This document shows, one piece after another, positions 18,109-26,259 of a stretch of 64,000 nucleotides of DNA. The stretch covers positions 24,917 through 88,916 of the forward strand of contig JAERSV010000029.1 in assembly GCA_016845345.1 (NCBI GenBank). Direction: 5' to 3'. Every line of letters starts with the position of its first letter. Positions within the stretch are counted from its first letter, which is position 1. The translations under genes and the position numbers were made by a program. This stretch comes from Methanobacteriota archaeon. Its GTDB lineage: Archaea; Thermoplasmatota; Poseidoniia; Poseidoniales; Thalassarchaeaceae. Under the pieces are notes generated by a model. The model made no database searches. It was not told the DNA's origin and saw only the letters and a program-made list of their open reading frames with translations.

Positions 18109-18139
18109 GTTGTCGGCGGCCTACCCATCCGGCTTGAAT
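18109..18139 (-). promoter_or_regulatory. ProRS promoter (ATTCAA box + GGATGGGTAGG + GC box), predicted leaderless
   Basis: Sense strand: ATTCAAGCCGGATGGGTAGGCCGCCGACAACATG. Only 3 nt separate the GC box from the ATG. Confidence 0.45.
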
Positions 18140-18140
18140 A

Positions 18141-18431
18141 CTACGCTACTAAATCCGTGTTAGGAGGGCTAGTTGGATTGAATATAGCGAGTACCGCAGC
18201 CGCCATCCAAACCAATTCTAGTACAACGAATGCCCATTCTCCTGTATGTAATGCTCTGACCCCCAATATTGCTGAGCCAACAGCCATCAAAATTAGATAC
18301 TTCATGCCTCTACTATTGAGGTAACCTCTGGTTTCTAAAATAAATGCGATGAGAATACACAACATTCCGACATAGGATGCAATACTTGTAATGGGTTCGA
18401 GGCTATCAAAGGCGATCGTTGATTCAGTCAT
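18141..18431 (-). CDS. small 3-TM membrane protein (hypothetical)
   Basis: ATG at 18431 overlaps the coaBC stop (18424..18426) by 8 nt (ATGACTGA), suggesting translational coupling. Three hydrophobic helices. Confidence 0.5.
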   Translation of the reverse strand: MTESTIAFDSLEPITSIASYVGMLCILIAFILETRGYLNSRGMKYLILMAVGSAILGVRALHTGEWAFVVLELVWMAAAVLAIFNPTSPPNTDLVA

Positions 18432-19677
18432 CTCTTGCTTCTGATAATTTGTTGTCAATTACTTTTGCCATAGATAAATTATCCTTAAGGTCGATTATTG
18501 CACCTTTTGCATCAACCCAAAATGCTCTAACTGGGCTATCTTTTACATGTTCTAAGTGATTAGCAATTACGGCACCTAATCCGTTATTTTGTAATGATTT
18601 TTGAGCTGATTCAATTAATTCATTCTTAGAAAATCCAGATTCTAATTTGAATCCTATTTTCATATCGTTCTTACATGATTCACTAATGATGTCAATATGT
18701 TTGTCTGACTTTTGTAATTCAATGGAGATATTATCTTTTCCGGATTTAATTTTTTCAGCAGTTGGATTTACTACTGTGTAGTCAAGAACTGCAGCAGAGA
18801 ATATCCATGTGTCCGGTGGATTATCACTTTGGGAGATATTCAAGAGTTCAGAAAGCATTGATTCAGGATCCTTACAATCCCTAATATCTGCATGGTTCAG
18901 GAGGGAACTTGTAGTCACAACTCCTTTCAATATAATTAATTCATGCCCCATTCTATAGAGATAATCAGCAATGTCAAAACCTGTTTGACCGCTTGAAGTA
19001 TTCTGAACCCACCTAACAGAATCAATTGGACTGCGAGTTGCTCCTAAAGTTAATGCAACCCGCCTTCTGTTTGAGCGGTTTTTGTTGATTATATTTGACA
19101 GTAAACCTACAATTTGCACAACATCTGGTTGTTTACGCCTACCTTCTTGTTCTTCACCCCAAAACACATGATGTCCAAATTTTCCTAATTCTCCACATAG
19201 GTCCTCTGTTACAATATCCTCAGATAGTGAGTTGTGCATACTTGGAACAAAGAGCATTGGTAATTTGCGGCCACGCGCAGCAGTAAGCGCCATTTGCATC
19301 GGTGTATCTAGAATGCCATGAATATGGCAACCGATTGTATGTCTTGTGGCAGGGCATACCAAAACCGCATCCACCAAGTCAAGTTGAGCCATATCAGAAT
19401 CCCAATCAGTGACGACTTGAGACTGGCTAGCCCATTCAATTGCTAAAGGAGAAATAATCTCTTGGGCTGAATGAGTCATGACGACTGTGATTTGTGCTCC
19501 ATGACGTCGTAATTCCCTAAGCAATCTAACACTATCGACAACTGCAATTCCACCACTAATGGCGACTAAAATGTGTTTATCCTCTAAAGAGTCTGATGCA
19601 ACATCGACACCGATGTCACTTGTATCACTCATTATTTGGTGGGGTTTGGTTGTCTCCTTTACGGCTATCGGTTCCAT
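18424..19677 (-). CDS. coaBC: bifunctional phosphopantothenoylcysteine decarboxylase / phosphopantothenate-cysteine ligase (CoaBC)
   Basis: Flavoprotein N-domain ILVAISGGIAVVDSVRLLRELRRHGAQITVVMT. C-terminal DFP domain (LGATRSPIDSVRWVQNTSSGQTG, SAAVLDY). Start uncertain: ATG 19677 or 19632. Confidence 0.85.
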   Translation of the reverse strand: MEPIAVKETTKPHQIMSDTSDIGVDVASDSLEDKHILVAISGGIAVVDSVRLLRELRRHGAQITVVMTHSAQEIISPLAIEWASQSQVVTDWDSDMAQLDLVDAVLVCPATRHTIGCHIHGILDTPMQMALTAARGRKLPMLFVPSMHNSLSEDIVTEDLCGELGKFGHHVFWGEEQEGRRKQPDVVQIVGLLSNIINKNRSNRRRVALTLGATRSPIDSVRWVQNTSSGQTGFDIADYLYRMGHELIILKGVVTTSSLLNHADIRDCKDPESMLSELLNISQSDNPPDTWIFSAAVLDYTVVNPTAEKIKSGKDNISIELQKSDKHIDIISESCKNDMKIGFKLESGFSKNELIESAQKSLQNNGLGAVIANHLEHVKDSPVRAFWVDAKGAIIDLKDNLSMAKVIDNKLSEARDD

Positions 19678-19710
19678 CAAACTGAATTAGTTTGTCTAAT
19701 TGGACAGGGT

Positions 19711-20301
19711 ATGGAGAAGGACCTCGCCACAATACAGCGAGTACATCGCAGTATGTCTAGCACACTTTTGTGGTTGACTCTCTTGTTTTTCTTTTTGTTA
19801 ATATCATTCTCTTTGGGATTAGATGGGACCGTTTTACAAATTGGTACCTTCGCATCAATTCTTGTATTAGCAGCTGGAATGAGTATTTATTATGGCTTTT
19901 CAAGAAGAAAAATTTGGGCATATAGACTAGCCATCGTACATTGGTTATTCCTCATTCTAATCTGTTCTTTGATTACCCTAATAGATTTGATAGCAGGTAT
20001 TCAAGGCAGTATCATGTCAGCCATAATGGCAATAATGTTGATTTTTATTATCGTTGGAATGGTCAAAAGATTCACTACTTTTTCAAATCCGATGTTTATG
20101 GCATGGTATATTGGTCAGTCATCCAACGTTCTCGCTTCCTCACAATTGCAAACAAATGAAATGATGGCTGCTTGCCCTCATTGCTTGTCTATTCTCGCTG
20201 TAAAACCACTCGAATTAAGTGGCTCAGATTTATGCCCTAATTGTGGGGAGAAACTAGTTTCTGACGAAGTGGTTGCTAAATTCTATAATGAAGAGGAATA
20301 A
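19711..20301 (+). CDS. membrane protein with C-terminal zinc ribbon (hypothetical)
   Basis: ATG at 19711 (MEKDLATIQ...). 4-5 TM helices, then CPHCLS...CPNCGEKL. Confidence 0.55.
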   Translation: MEKDLATIQRVHRSMSSTLLWLTLLFFFLLISFSLGLDGTVLQIGTFASILVLAAGMSIYYGFSRRKIWAYRLAIVHWLFLILICSLITLIDLIAGIQGSIMSAIMAIMLIFIIVGMVKRFTTFSNPMFMAWYIGQSSNVLASSQLQTNEMMAACPHCLSILAVKPLELSGSDLCPNCGEKLVSDEVVAKFYNEEE

Positions 20302-20306
20302 CACAT

Positions 20307-21329
20307 CTACTCTGAGATAGTTAGGTTCTTCCAGTACTCTTCAGGTACTTCTTGGGATAATCTTAGTGCGCCCATTGCCCCTAATCTCACAGGGTCTTCT
20401 ACGATGTGTACAGTGATACCACCTAAGTCTGCTAGCCTTTCTTCAATTGAAGCGCCTAAACCCCTGATACCAGAACCACCACCAGCTAGAATGATGTTTT
20501 GACGGAATCCATCATGATACTCTGGATTTGACTCGGCAATGAGTGATTTCAAATTGTCAACAATTGGGTTGATAATTGATTCACATGCTGAAGAAATACA
20601 ATCAGTGATATCTAGAGACATTGCCTTCCCATCAATTGAGAAGTCAACCACAACGGGGTCCTTAGGTGGCGAAGTATGAGTGAATGAGAATTGTTCTTTC
20701 CACCGTCGAGCCATATCCTTGGTGATTTGTGCTCCAACATACTTTCGCTGGACGGCTTCAATAAGTGCCGCATCAATTGCGTCTCCTGCCTGGTTAATGT
20801 GCAATTGGTCTTCTGGGCGCGGTATCGTACCATATACTCGGCAGATATCTGTTGTCCCTGCTCCAATATCCACAACCATTGTATGGTCAAGCATGTCAAG
20901 AGCATAAGCAACTGCAAAAGGTTCTGAAATAATCATACAGGCGTTGACAGTACCAGCAGCAGCATCGAAAATTGCAGTTTTATCAACGTGACTAGCCTCG
21001 GCTGGAGCGCCGATTACCGCAACAACTCTGTCATATTCTTCAGGGTCTGCCAAATTCATCATATGATTGATGAAATGAGCAATGAATTTTTTATCTTCAG
21101 GTGTATCCTTGATTACACCGTGTTCCAGAGGGCGATAAAGGTTCAAGGCTAGCCTGTTTTTCAAGGCCTCTTCTCCGAATAAAACATCCCTGCGAAGGAA
21201 GTTTTTTGCTATGGAATCCTTTGGTGTACCTATCACAGTTAGCACTTGTTCTTCGTGTTTATCATTAGAAACCATGACCGACCTAAACGTACCTAAGTCA
21301 ACACCGATGTAAAGAGTCTCGTTCGCCAT
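20307..21329 (-). CDS. actin-like ATPase, MamK-type
   Basis: Actin-fold phosphate-1 GVDLGTFRS, phosphate-2 VVDIGAGTTDICRVYGTIPRPEDQ, adenosine motif ILAGGGSGIRGL, and C-terminus GALRLSQEVPEEYWKNL. Collinear with my recollection of MamK. ATG at 21329 is preceded by GGTGA; alternative ATG at 21347. Confidence 0.8.
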   Translation of the reverse strand: MANETLYIGVDLGTFRSVMVSNDKHEEQVLTVIGTPKDSIAKNFLRRDVLFGEEALKNRLALNLYRPLEHGVIKDTPEDKKFIAHFINHMMNLADPEEYDRVVAVIGAPAEASHVDKTAIFDAAAGTVNACMIISEPFAVAYALDMLDHTMVVDIGAGTTDICRVYGTIPRPEDQLHINQAGDAIDAALIEAVQRKYVGAQITKDMARRWKEQFSFTHTSPPKDPVVVDFSIDGKAMSLDITDCISSACESIINPIVDNLKSLIAESNPEYHDGFRQNIILAGGGSGIRGLGASIEERLADLGGITVHIVEDPVRLGAMGALRLSQEVPEEYWKNLTISE

Positions 21330-21406
21330 TGTATTCACCGTTATCATTGCTCCGAAGGGGACGGTATATCAATAATCCCTAACATTGGTTTGCAAAGTCT
21401 ATTGAT

Positions 21407-22456
21407 TTATAGCCACATCTCACAGTCATCGCAATACCAAGCGCTGTGTTGAGTGTACAATGGAGCACCATTTCCACAACCAGTGCATTCTTTTGTTACA
21501 CCCTCTCCAAATAGTGTAATAACAATTTCAATGTGCCTCTCCTCTGTGATACCTAAGTGCTGTCTCATGGCCCACAGTAGTTGATCTTCACTCGGCGTAA
21601 TCACACCATCCGACAACACTAATTCAACCGCTGTTTGATAATCAGATTCTATCCCCACTGCAGTGGGGTCAAGTACGACTCCATCTTTTTCAGCGATTAT
21701 GTCTTTTCCACCTGGGTCATCGATAAAAAGCACCAATGCAGAAGGATTCAACTTGTTGTTTCTTAATTCAAAAGATACTACATTTTCATCAGTGTTAGCG
21801 AAAACAAATTTACTTGATTTATTGATAACTGAAGCGATGTTTCTAGCGGTATCAGCAACCGTCCTTCCGCGTCGCCAACCAGTATTAGAATCTTCATTTA
21901 ACAAATAAAATTCTGTGCCCAAGCCAGGATATTCTATTCTAACTTCCTCCCCACCATCAAAATCATTACTCATAAGAGTTAATTTGCCAACCTCTGTTTG
22001 TAGAATGTTGTCATCCTCATCAAAACTAATCATCAAAGGTGTTCTCTCTTCTTCTGCGACATTGAAATGACCTTGCATGCCTTCAATCCATTTATCTTGT
22101 AATCGAGATAAGCCTTGTTCTTGTTCCGCAGTCAAATTTTCGTCAATACCTAGTACTCTAGATAGACCTGAACCAGATTCCATTTCTTGTTTAAATTGCT
22201 CAATCAATTTTGACTCGGTTTGCACTGATTCGTGACGTCTTTTTGATGTCGAAAATTTACTATTGGGGTCGGCCCATTCATATTGACACCTGTCACATGA
22301 AAGGTAGCCTGTAATAGAAGAATTATTACTTCCACCACCACACCGTGGGCAATCTCCATCCTCAACAGCTGTCAAATTTTCTTTGGCTTCACCTAAGCCT
22401 TTAGTCCCCTTGACGGGCTTCTTTCGGAACGCCATCAAAACCTTGTGAGACCTCAT
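21407..22456 (-). CDS. hypothetical protein with N- and C-terminal zinc ribbons
   Basis: CPRCGG...CDRCQYEW near the N-terminus and CTGCGNG...CDDCEMWL at the C-terminus, with about 250 aa unrecognised between. Start ATG at 22456, or 22435 giving MAFRKKPVK. Confidence 0.6.
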   Translation of the reverse strand: MRSHKVLMAFRKKPVKGTKGLGEAKENLTAVEDGDCPRCGGGSNNSSITGYLSCDRCQYEWADPNSKFSTSKRRHESVQTESKLIEQFKQEMESGSGLSRVLGIDENLTAEQEQGLSRLQDKWIEGMQGHFNVAEEERTPLMISFDEDDNILQTEVGKLTLMSNDFDGGEEVRIEYPGLGTEFYLLNEDSNTGWRRGRTVADTARNIASVINKSSKFVFANTDENVVSFELRNNKLNPSALVLFIDDPGGKDIIAEKDGVVLDPTAVGIESDYQTAVELVLSDGVITPSEDQLLWAMRQHLGITEERHIEIVITLFGEGVTKECTGCGNGAPLYTQHSAWYCDDCEMWL

Positions 22457-22513
22457 GGGTCATATGGGTTGCGATAATCACCTCTCCAAGAAGAGAAATC
22501 TAAACCGGCGCGG

Positions 22514-22543
22514 TTATCAATAGGGCGCGAGTCGGCCCGCTTG
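22514..22543 (+). promoter_or_regulatory. kptA promoter with GC box variant, predicted leaderless; shared divergent region
   Basis: TTATCAATAGGGCGCGAGTCGGCCCGCTTGATG. On the opposite strand the same AT-rich box is followed by CCGCGCCGG toward the zinc-ribbon/actin gene pair. Confidence 0.4.
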
Positions 22544-23227
22544 ATGCTACGAGAGTGTGAACTACACGGTACCTTTGAAGGGGAACTTTGCCCAGCCTGC
22601 AACAGCGAAGGAAAATTCGTTATGAATGGACGAGAGCGAGACCAAATCGCCCGAAGAATGGCTGGTATTCTGCGTCATTTCCCTGAAAAATTTGATTTAG
22701 AAATGGACATTAATGGATGGGTCAGTATTCGAGAATTATCTAATGCAATTTCCCGTAAAGATAAGCGTAAGCACTGGTTGAGAGACCGACATATACAAGC
22801 AATTGTAGATACTGACCCTAAGGGTCGTTACGAAATTCGTGGAGGGAATGTGAGAGCAACTTATGCACACACAGTGGAAATAGAACTCGACTTGCCATCA
22901 GATAATATTCCTGAATTATTGTATTATCCAGTTTCAAGAGACGAACTTGATATTCACCTTGAGGGAGGAATTCATCCTGGTGGAAGAAAGTGGGTTCATC
23001 TTTCTAAAACCATTACAAATGCAGCAAATGCTGGCGCTGTTCACCATTCCCGCCCTGCAATCATAGAAATAGATATCATTCAGATGCAAGCATCTGGGAA
23101 CACAGTTTTTCACGCAGGAACCACTGTTTACCTTACCGAGATTGTCGATGCTCAGTTCTGTTCACAAGTTGCTTATGATGATACAGAATATTCACTCATG
23201 CTAGAAGAATGGGGAGAAGAAGAGTAA
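22544..23227 (+). CDS. kptA: RNA 2'-phosphotransferase (Tpt1/KptA) with N-terminal zinc-ribbon-like extension
   Basis: IARRMAGILRHFPEKFDLEMDINGWVSIRELS, GRYEIRGGNVRATYAHT and HLSKT match the KptA family. N-terminal CELHG...CPAC. Confidence 0.85.
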   Translation: MLRECELHGTFEGELCPACNSEGKFVMNGRERDQIARRMAGILRHFPEKFDLEMDINGWVSIRELSNAISRKDKRKHWLRDRHIQAIVDTDPKGRYEIRGGNVRATYAHTVEIELDLPSDNIPELLYYPVSRDELDIHLEGGIHPGGRKWVHLSKTITNAANAGAVHHSRPAIIEIDIIQMQASGNTVFHAGTTVYLTEIVDAQFCSQVAYDDTEYSLMLEEWGEEE

Positions 23228-23575
23228 TTACTTTCTTTTGTATCCACACACTTGGCAAAAGCTAAATTCGCCATTTTGCGGTTCGTCACACTCTGGACAA
23301 ACCTCTGAGTTTGTGATACTTGGTGCCTCGGTATTATCAGAAGATGAAATTAACCTGACTGATGATGATTCTTCAAAAATTACAGATTCAACAAGTTGCC
23401 TTTCTTCAACAGATTTATTGAACTGAATTATCTCAAATAACGCAGTTTCTAATTTAATAATTCTCTGTTTCCTTTGTTCAACATTTGGGATGTCTTCTGC
23501 TTCAACCAACTCTTCTTGTAGATATCTCTGCAGTTGATCTACTGTTACATCATCAGCCATTATTGCCCGCACCAT
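23228..23575 (-). CDS. small acidic protein with C-terminal zinc ribbon (hypothetical)
   Basis: CPECDE...CQVCGYKRK at the C-terminus. Its stop abuts the kptA stop with no spacer. Start ATG at 23575 or 23560; the track start is GTG. Confidence 0.5.
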   Translation of the reverse strand: MVRAIMADDVTVDQLQRYLQEELVEAEDIPNVEQRKQRIIKLETALFEIIQFNKSVEERQLVESVIFEESSSVRLISSSDNTEAPSITNSEVCPECDEPQNGEFSFCQVCGYKRK

Positions 23576-23658
23576 ATCGCCCCTAATCAACACGGCGGCT
23601 CAAAAGAATTCTAATTACAATAGCAATTGACTTCATGGAGTTCCTTTTCGGGATAAAC

Positions 23659-24474
23659 ATGCAAGGGCCCATCATCATCAAATTTGGAGGCGGGCTTATC
23701 ACGGTTAAGGACAAATTATGTACTCCAAAAATAGCCATAATCCATAATCTCGCCAAATCTGTTCAACATTTAGTAAACATAGATAAACGGGTAATTATTG
23801 TTCATGGCGCTGGTAGTTTTGGCCATTTAAGGGCTAAATCTTGGAAACTTCATGAAGGAAGGACAAATGAAGGTTTACCAAAAGAAGATGATTTGTCTAC
23901 CCAAGATGAAGCTGTAGAATCCGTCCGACAAGATATGCAACATCTTAATCAACTGGTTGTTGAAGAATTCAATAAACTAGGGATTGAAACGGTTACTCAC
24001 CCACCCCATGAATGGGCTACTGGCACAGGTTCAAACTTTTCTGGGGAACTACACCAGTTCAATTTAGATGGAGAAAAGGTCCACATCACATATGGAGACG
24101 TGGTTGATTGCAATAATGAGAAGGAATTTGGTATTCTAAGCGGGGATGATATTTGCTATAGACTAGCAACAGAACTTAAGGCGACCCACATGATTTTCGC
24201 TATGGGTGGTGCACCTGGTGTAATGTCATCACCACCATCAGAACCATCTTCCGAACTAATTCCAATTTGGTCTAAATATAAACAATTTGAGGCAATTCAT
24301 CAATCAGAAATTGATGTCACAGGGGGAATACACCTCAAACTAACCGTAGCAGATAAAATCTCAAAAATAGTTCCTATGGTGTGGATTGTTGATGGAGAGT
24401 GCCCAGAACGTATTGTTCAAGTTGTCTTAAATAACGAATCATATGGTACAAGGATAATCCCTGAATCTCCGTAG
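23659..24474 (+). CDS. isopentenyl phosphate kinase
   Basis: Amino-acid-kinase fold: IIIKFGGGLITVKD, VIIVHGAGSFGH, ITYGDVV. ATG at 23659 (MQGPIIIKFGG). Confidence 0.8.
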   Translation: MQGPIIIKFGGGLITVKDKLCTPKIAIIHNLAKSVQHLVNIDKRVIIVHGAGSFGHLRAKSWKLHEGRTNEGLPKEDDLSTQDEAVESVRQDMQHLNQLVVEEFNKLGIETVTHPPHEWATGTGSNFSGELHQFNLDGEKVHITYGDVVDCNNEKEFGILSGDDICYRLATELKATHMIFAMGGAPGVMSSPPSEPSSELIPIWSKYKQFEAIHQSEIDVTGGIHLKLTVADKISKIVPMVWIVDGECPERIVQVVLNNESYGTRIIPESP

Positions 24475-24533
24475 GAGATTGAACAATCTCATTAAAGAGG
24501 CAAAACCCCTCACAAAAATTAGTTGGTGAGGCG

Positions 24534-26222
24534 ATGAGCGAGAACAGTCCATTCCTTGGTGAACAATATGATGAATCACAAAGCGAAATGATGAGTGAGA
24601 TGGTAATCTTAGTTGATGAAAATGATCAACAAATTGGCTCCATGTCTAAGGTAGACAGCCATCTGGGTGAAGGTGCGCTTCACCGGGCTTTTAGTGTATT
24701 ATTGTTCAATTCTTCACAAAAAATGTTGATTCAAAAAAGAGCAGATACCAAGATTACATTCCCATCGGTGTGGGCTAACTCCTGTTGTAGTCATCCTCTT
24801 GACGTCGAGGGTGAAACAGAAATGGAGGATGACCTTGGAGTCAAGCGCGCTGCCATTCGCAAGATGGAGCAAGAACTTGGAATTTCTTCGGACCAGTTGC
24901 CGATTGATGATTTTCATCTGATTACAAGAATGCATTATAGAGCACGAGCTGATGAGAAATGGATTGAACATGAATTAGACCATATTCTGCTAATTCAAGC
25001 AGATGTTGATTTGAATATTAATCCAAACGAAATCTCTGAAATTCGTTGGGTTAATCAAACGCAGATAGAGGATTTAATCTCAAATTCACCTGATAACGGT
25101 GAAATTATTGCCCCTTGGTTTAATGAAATATACTCCAGATATGCGTCTCAATGGTGGGGTCATCTTGATGAGGTGAGTTCTCTTCAAGACAATGTGGTTC
25201 ACCATATTGGGGATGTTGAGACCAGCGAACACTCATCCTTACTTGATGCACTCAAAGGGCATGCAACGGAAGTTGAAAGCAGAATAATTACCGCACTTGA
25301 AAAATCAAACCATGAACGTTTGAAGAAGGCAATGATGCATCTCATCGAAGGAGGTGGAAAGCGCCTTCGTGCAATACTACCATGGCTTGTCGCTGATGCT
25401 TGTGGTGGTTCATCTGATTCATTGTATGACTTGGGAGCAGCCATAGAAATCATCCATAATTTCACCCTCATTCACGACGATATCATGGATAATGATGAAA
25501 TGAGGAGGGGAAGAGATGCTGTACACATAGCATATGATATGCCCACCGCAATCAACGCAGGAGATGCAATGTTAGCAGTTTCTTTTGAATTATTGAGTGA
25601 GGCAGAAGAAATTTCGTCAGACAAATTCCGTTCTTTAGTTTCAATAATTGGTAAGATGGTACGCAAGGTATCTGAAGGCCAACAATTGGACATGGATTTT
25701 GAGAATAGAGATTTTGTTAGTGAAAAAGAATACTTGACTATGATCTCCGGAAAAACGGCTGCCATGTTCACAACTTGTGCAAGAACCGGTGCAATTCTTT
25801 CAGGTGCTACTCCCGATGTCATTGAGAATCTTGCTGATTGGGGTGAAAACCTCGGACTTTGCTTTCAATTAATGGATGATTTAATCGATGCCACGGGTGA
25901 TAGTGAAACTCTTGGGAAACCTGCTTGTAGTGATGTAGTAGAAGGGAAAAGAACACTGATTGCGATTCATGCACTGGGATTAGAACCGAGTAATCTTCCA
26001 ACATTCCACGAAGTATTTTCCTCTAGAAATGAAGACACACCGCGGGAAACACTTGATGAAGTTCTCAGTGAATTACAGGCTTCCGGCTCAATTGATTATG
26101 CTAAGGACAGAGCAATGAGCTTCCATCAAAAGGCACATGCCTGCCTAGACAAATTACCAGATTCACCAGCCTTGTCAATATTAAGACAATTAACAGACTG
26201 GCAACTCATCAGAATTTCCTGA
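24534..26222 (+). CDS. fusion protein: type 1 isopentenyl-diphosphate isomerase (N) + geranylgeranyl/polyprenyl diphosphate synthase (C)
   Basis: N-half Nudix-type IDI: HRAFSVLLFNSSQKMLIQKRADTKITFPSVWANSCCSHP, WIEHELDH. C-half trans-prenyltransferase: first Asp-rich motif LIHDDIMDNDEMRRGR, second FQLMDDLID. One uninterrupted 562-aa ORF. Confidence 0.85.
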   Translation: MSENSPFLGEQYDESQSEMMSEMVILVDENDQQIGSMSKVDSHLGEGALHRAFSVLLFNSSQKMLIQKRADTKITFPSVWANSCCSHPLDVEGETEMEDDLGVKRAAIRKMEQELGISSDQLPIDDFHLITRMHYRARADEKWIEHELDHILLIQADVDLNINPNEISEIRWVNQTQIEDLISNSPDNGEIIAPWFNEIYSRYASQWWGHLDEVSSLQDNVVHHIGDVETSEHSSLLDALKGHATEVESRIITALEKSNHERLKKAMMHLIEGGGKRLRAILPWLVADACGGSSDSLYDLGAAIEIIHNFTLIHDDIMDNDEMRRGRDAVHIAYDMPTAINAGDAMLAVSFELLSEAEEISSDKFRSLVSIIGKMVRKVSEGQQLDMDFENRDFVSEKEYLTMISGKTAAMFTTCARTGAILSGATPDVIENLADWGENLGLCFQLMDDLIDATGDSETLGKPACSDVVEGKRTLIAIHALGLEPSNLPTFHEVFSSRNEDTPRETLDEVLSELQASGSIDYAKDRAMSFHQKAHACLDKLPDSPALSILRQLTDWQLIRIS

Positions 26223-26259
26223 TCTACAACCAATGATTGTATATCTAATAATTCAGCAC

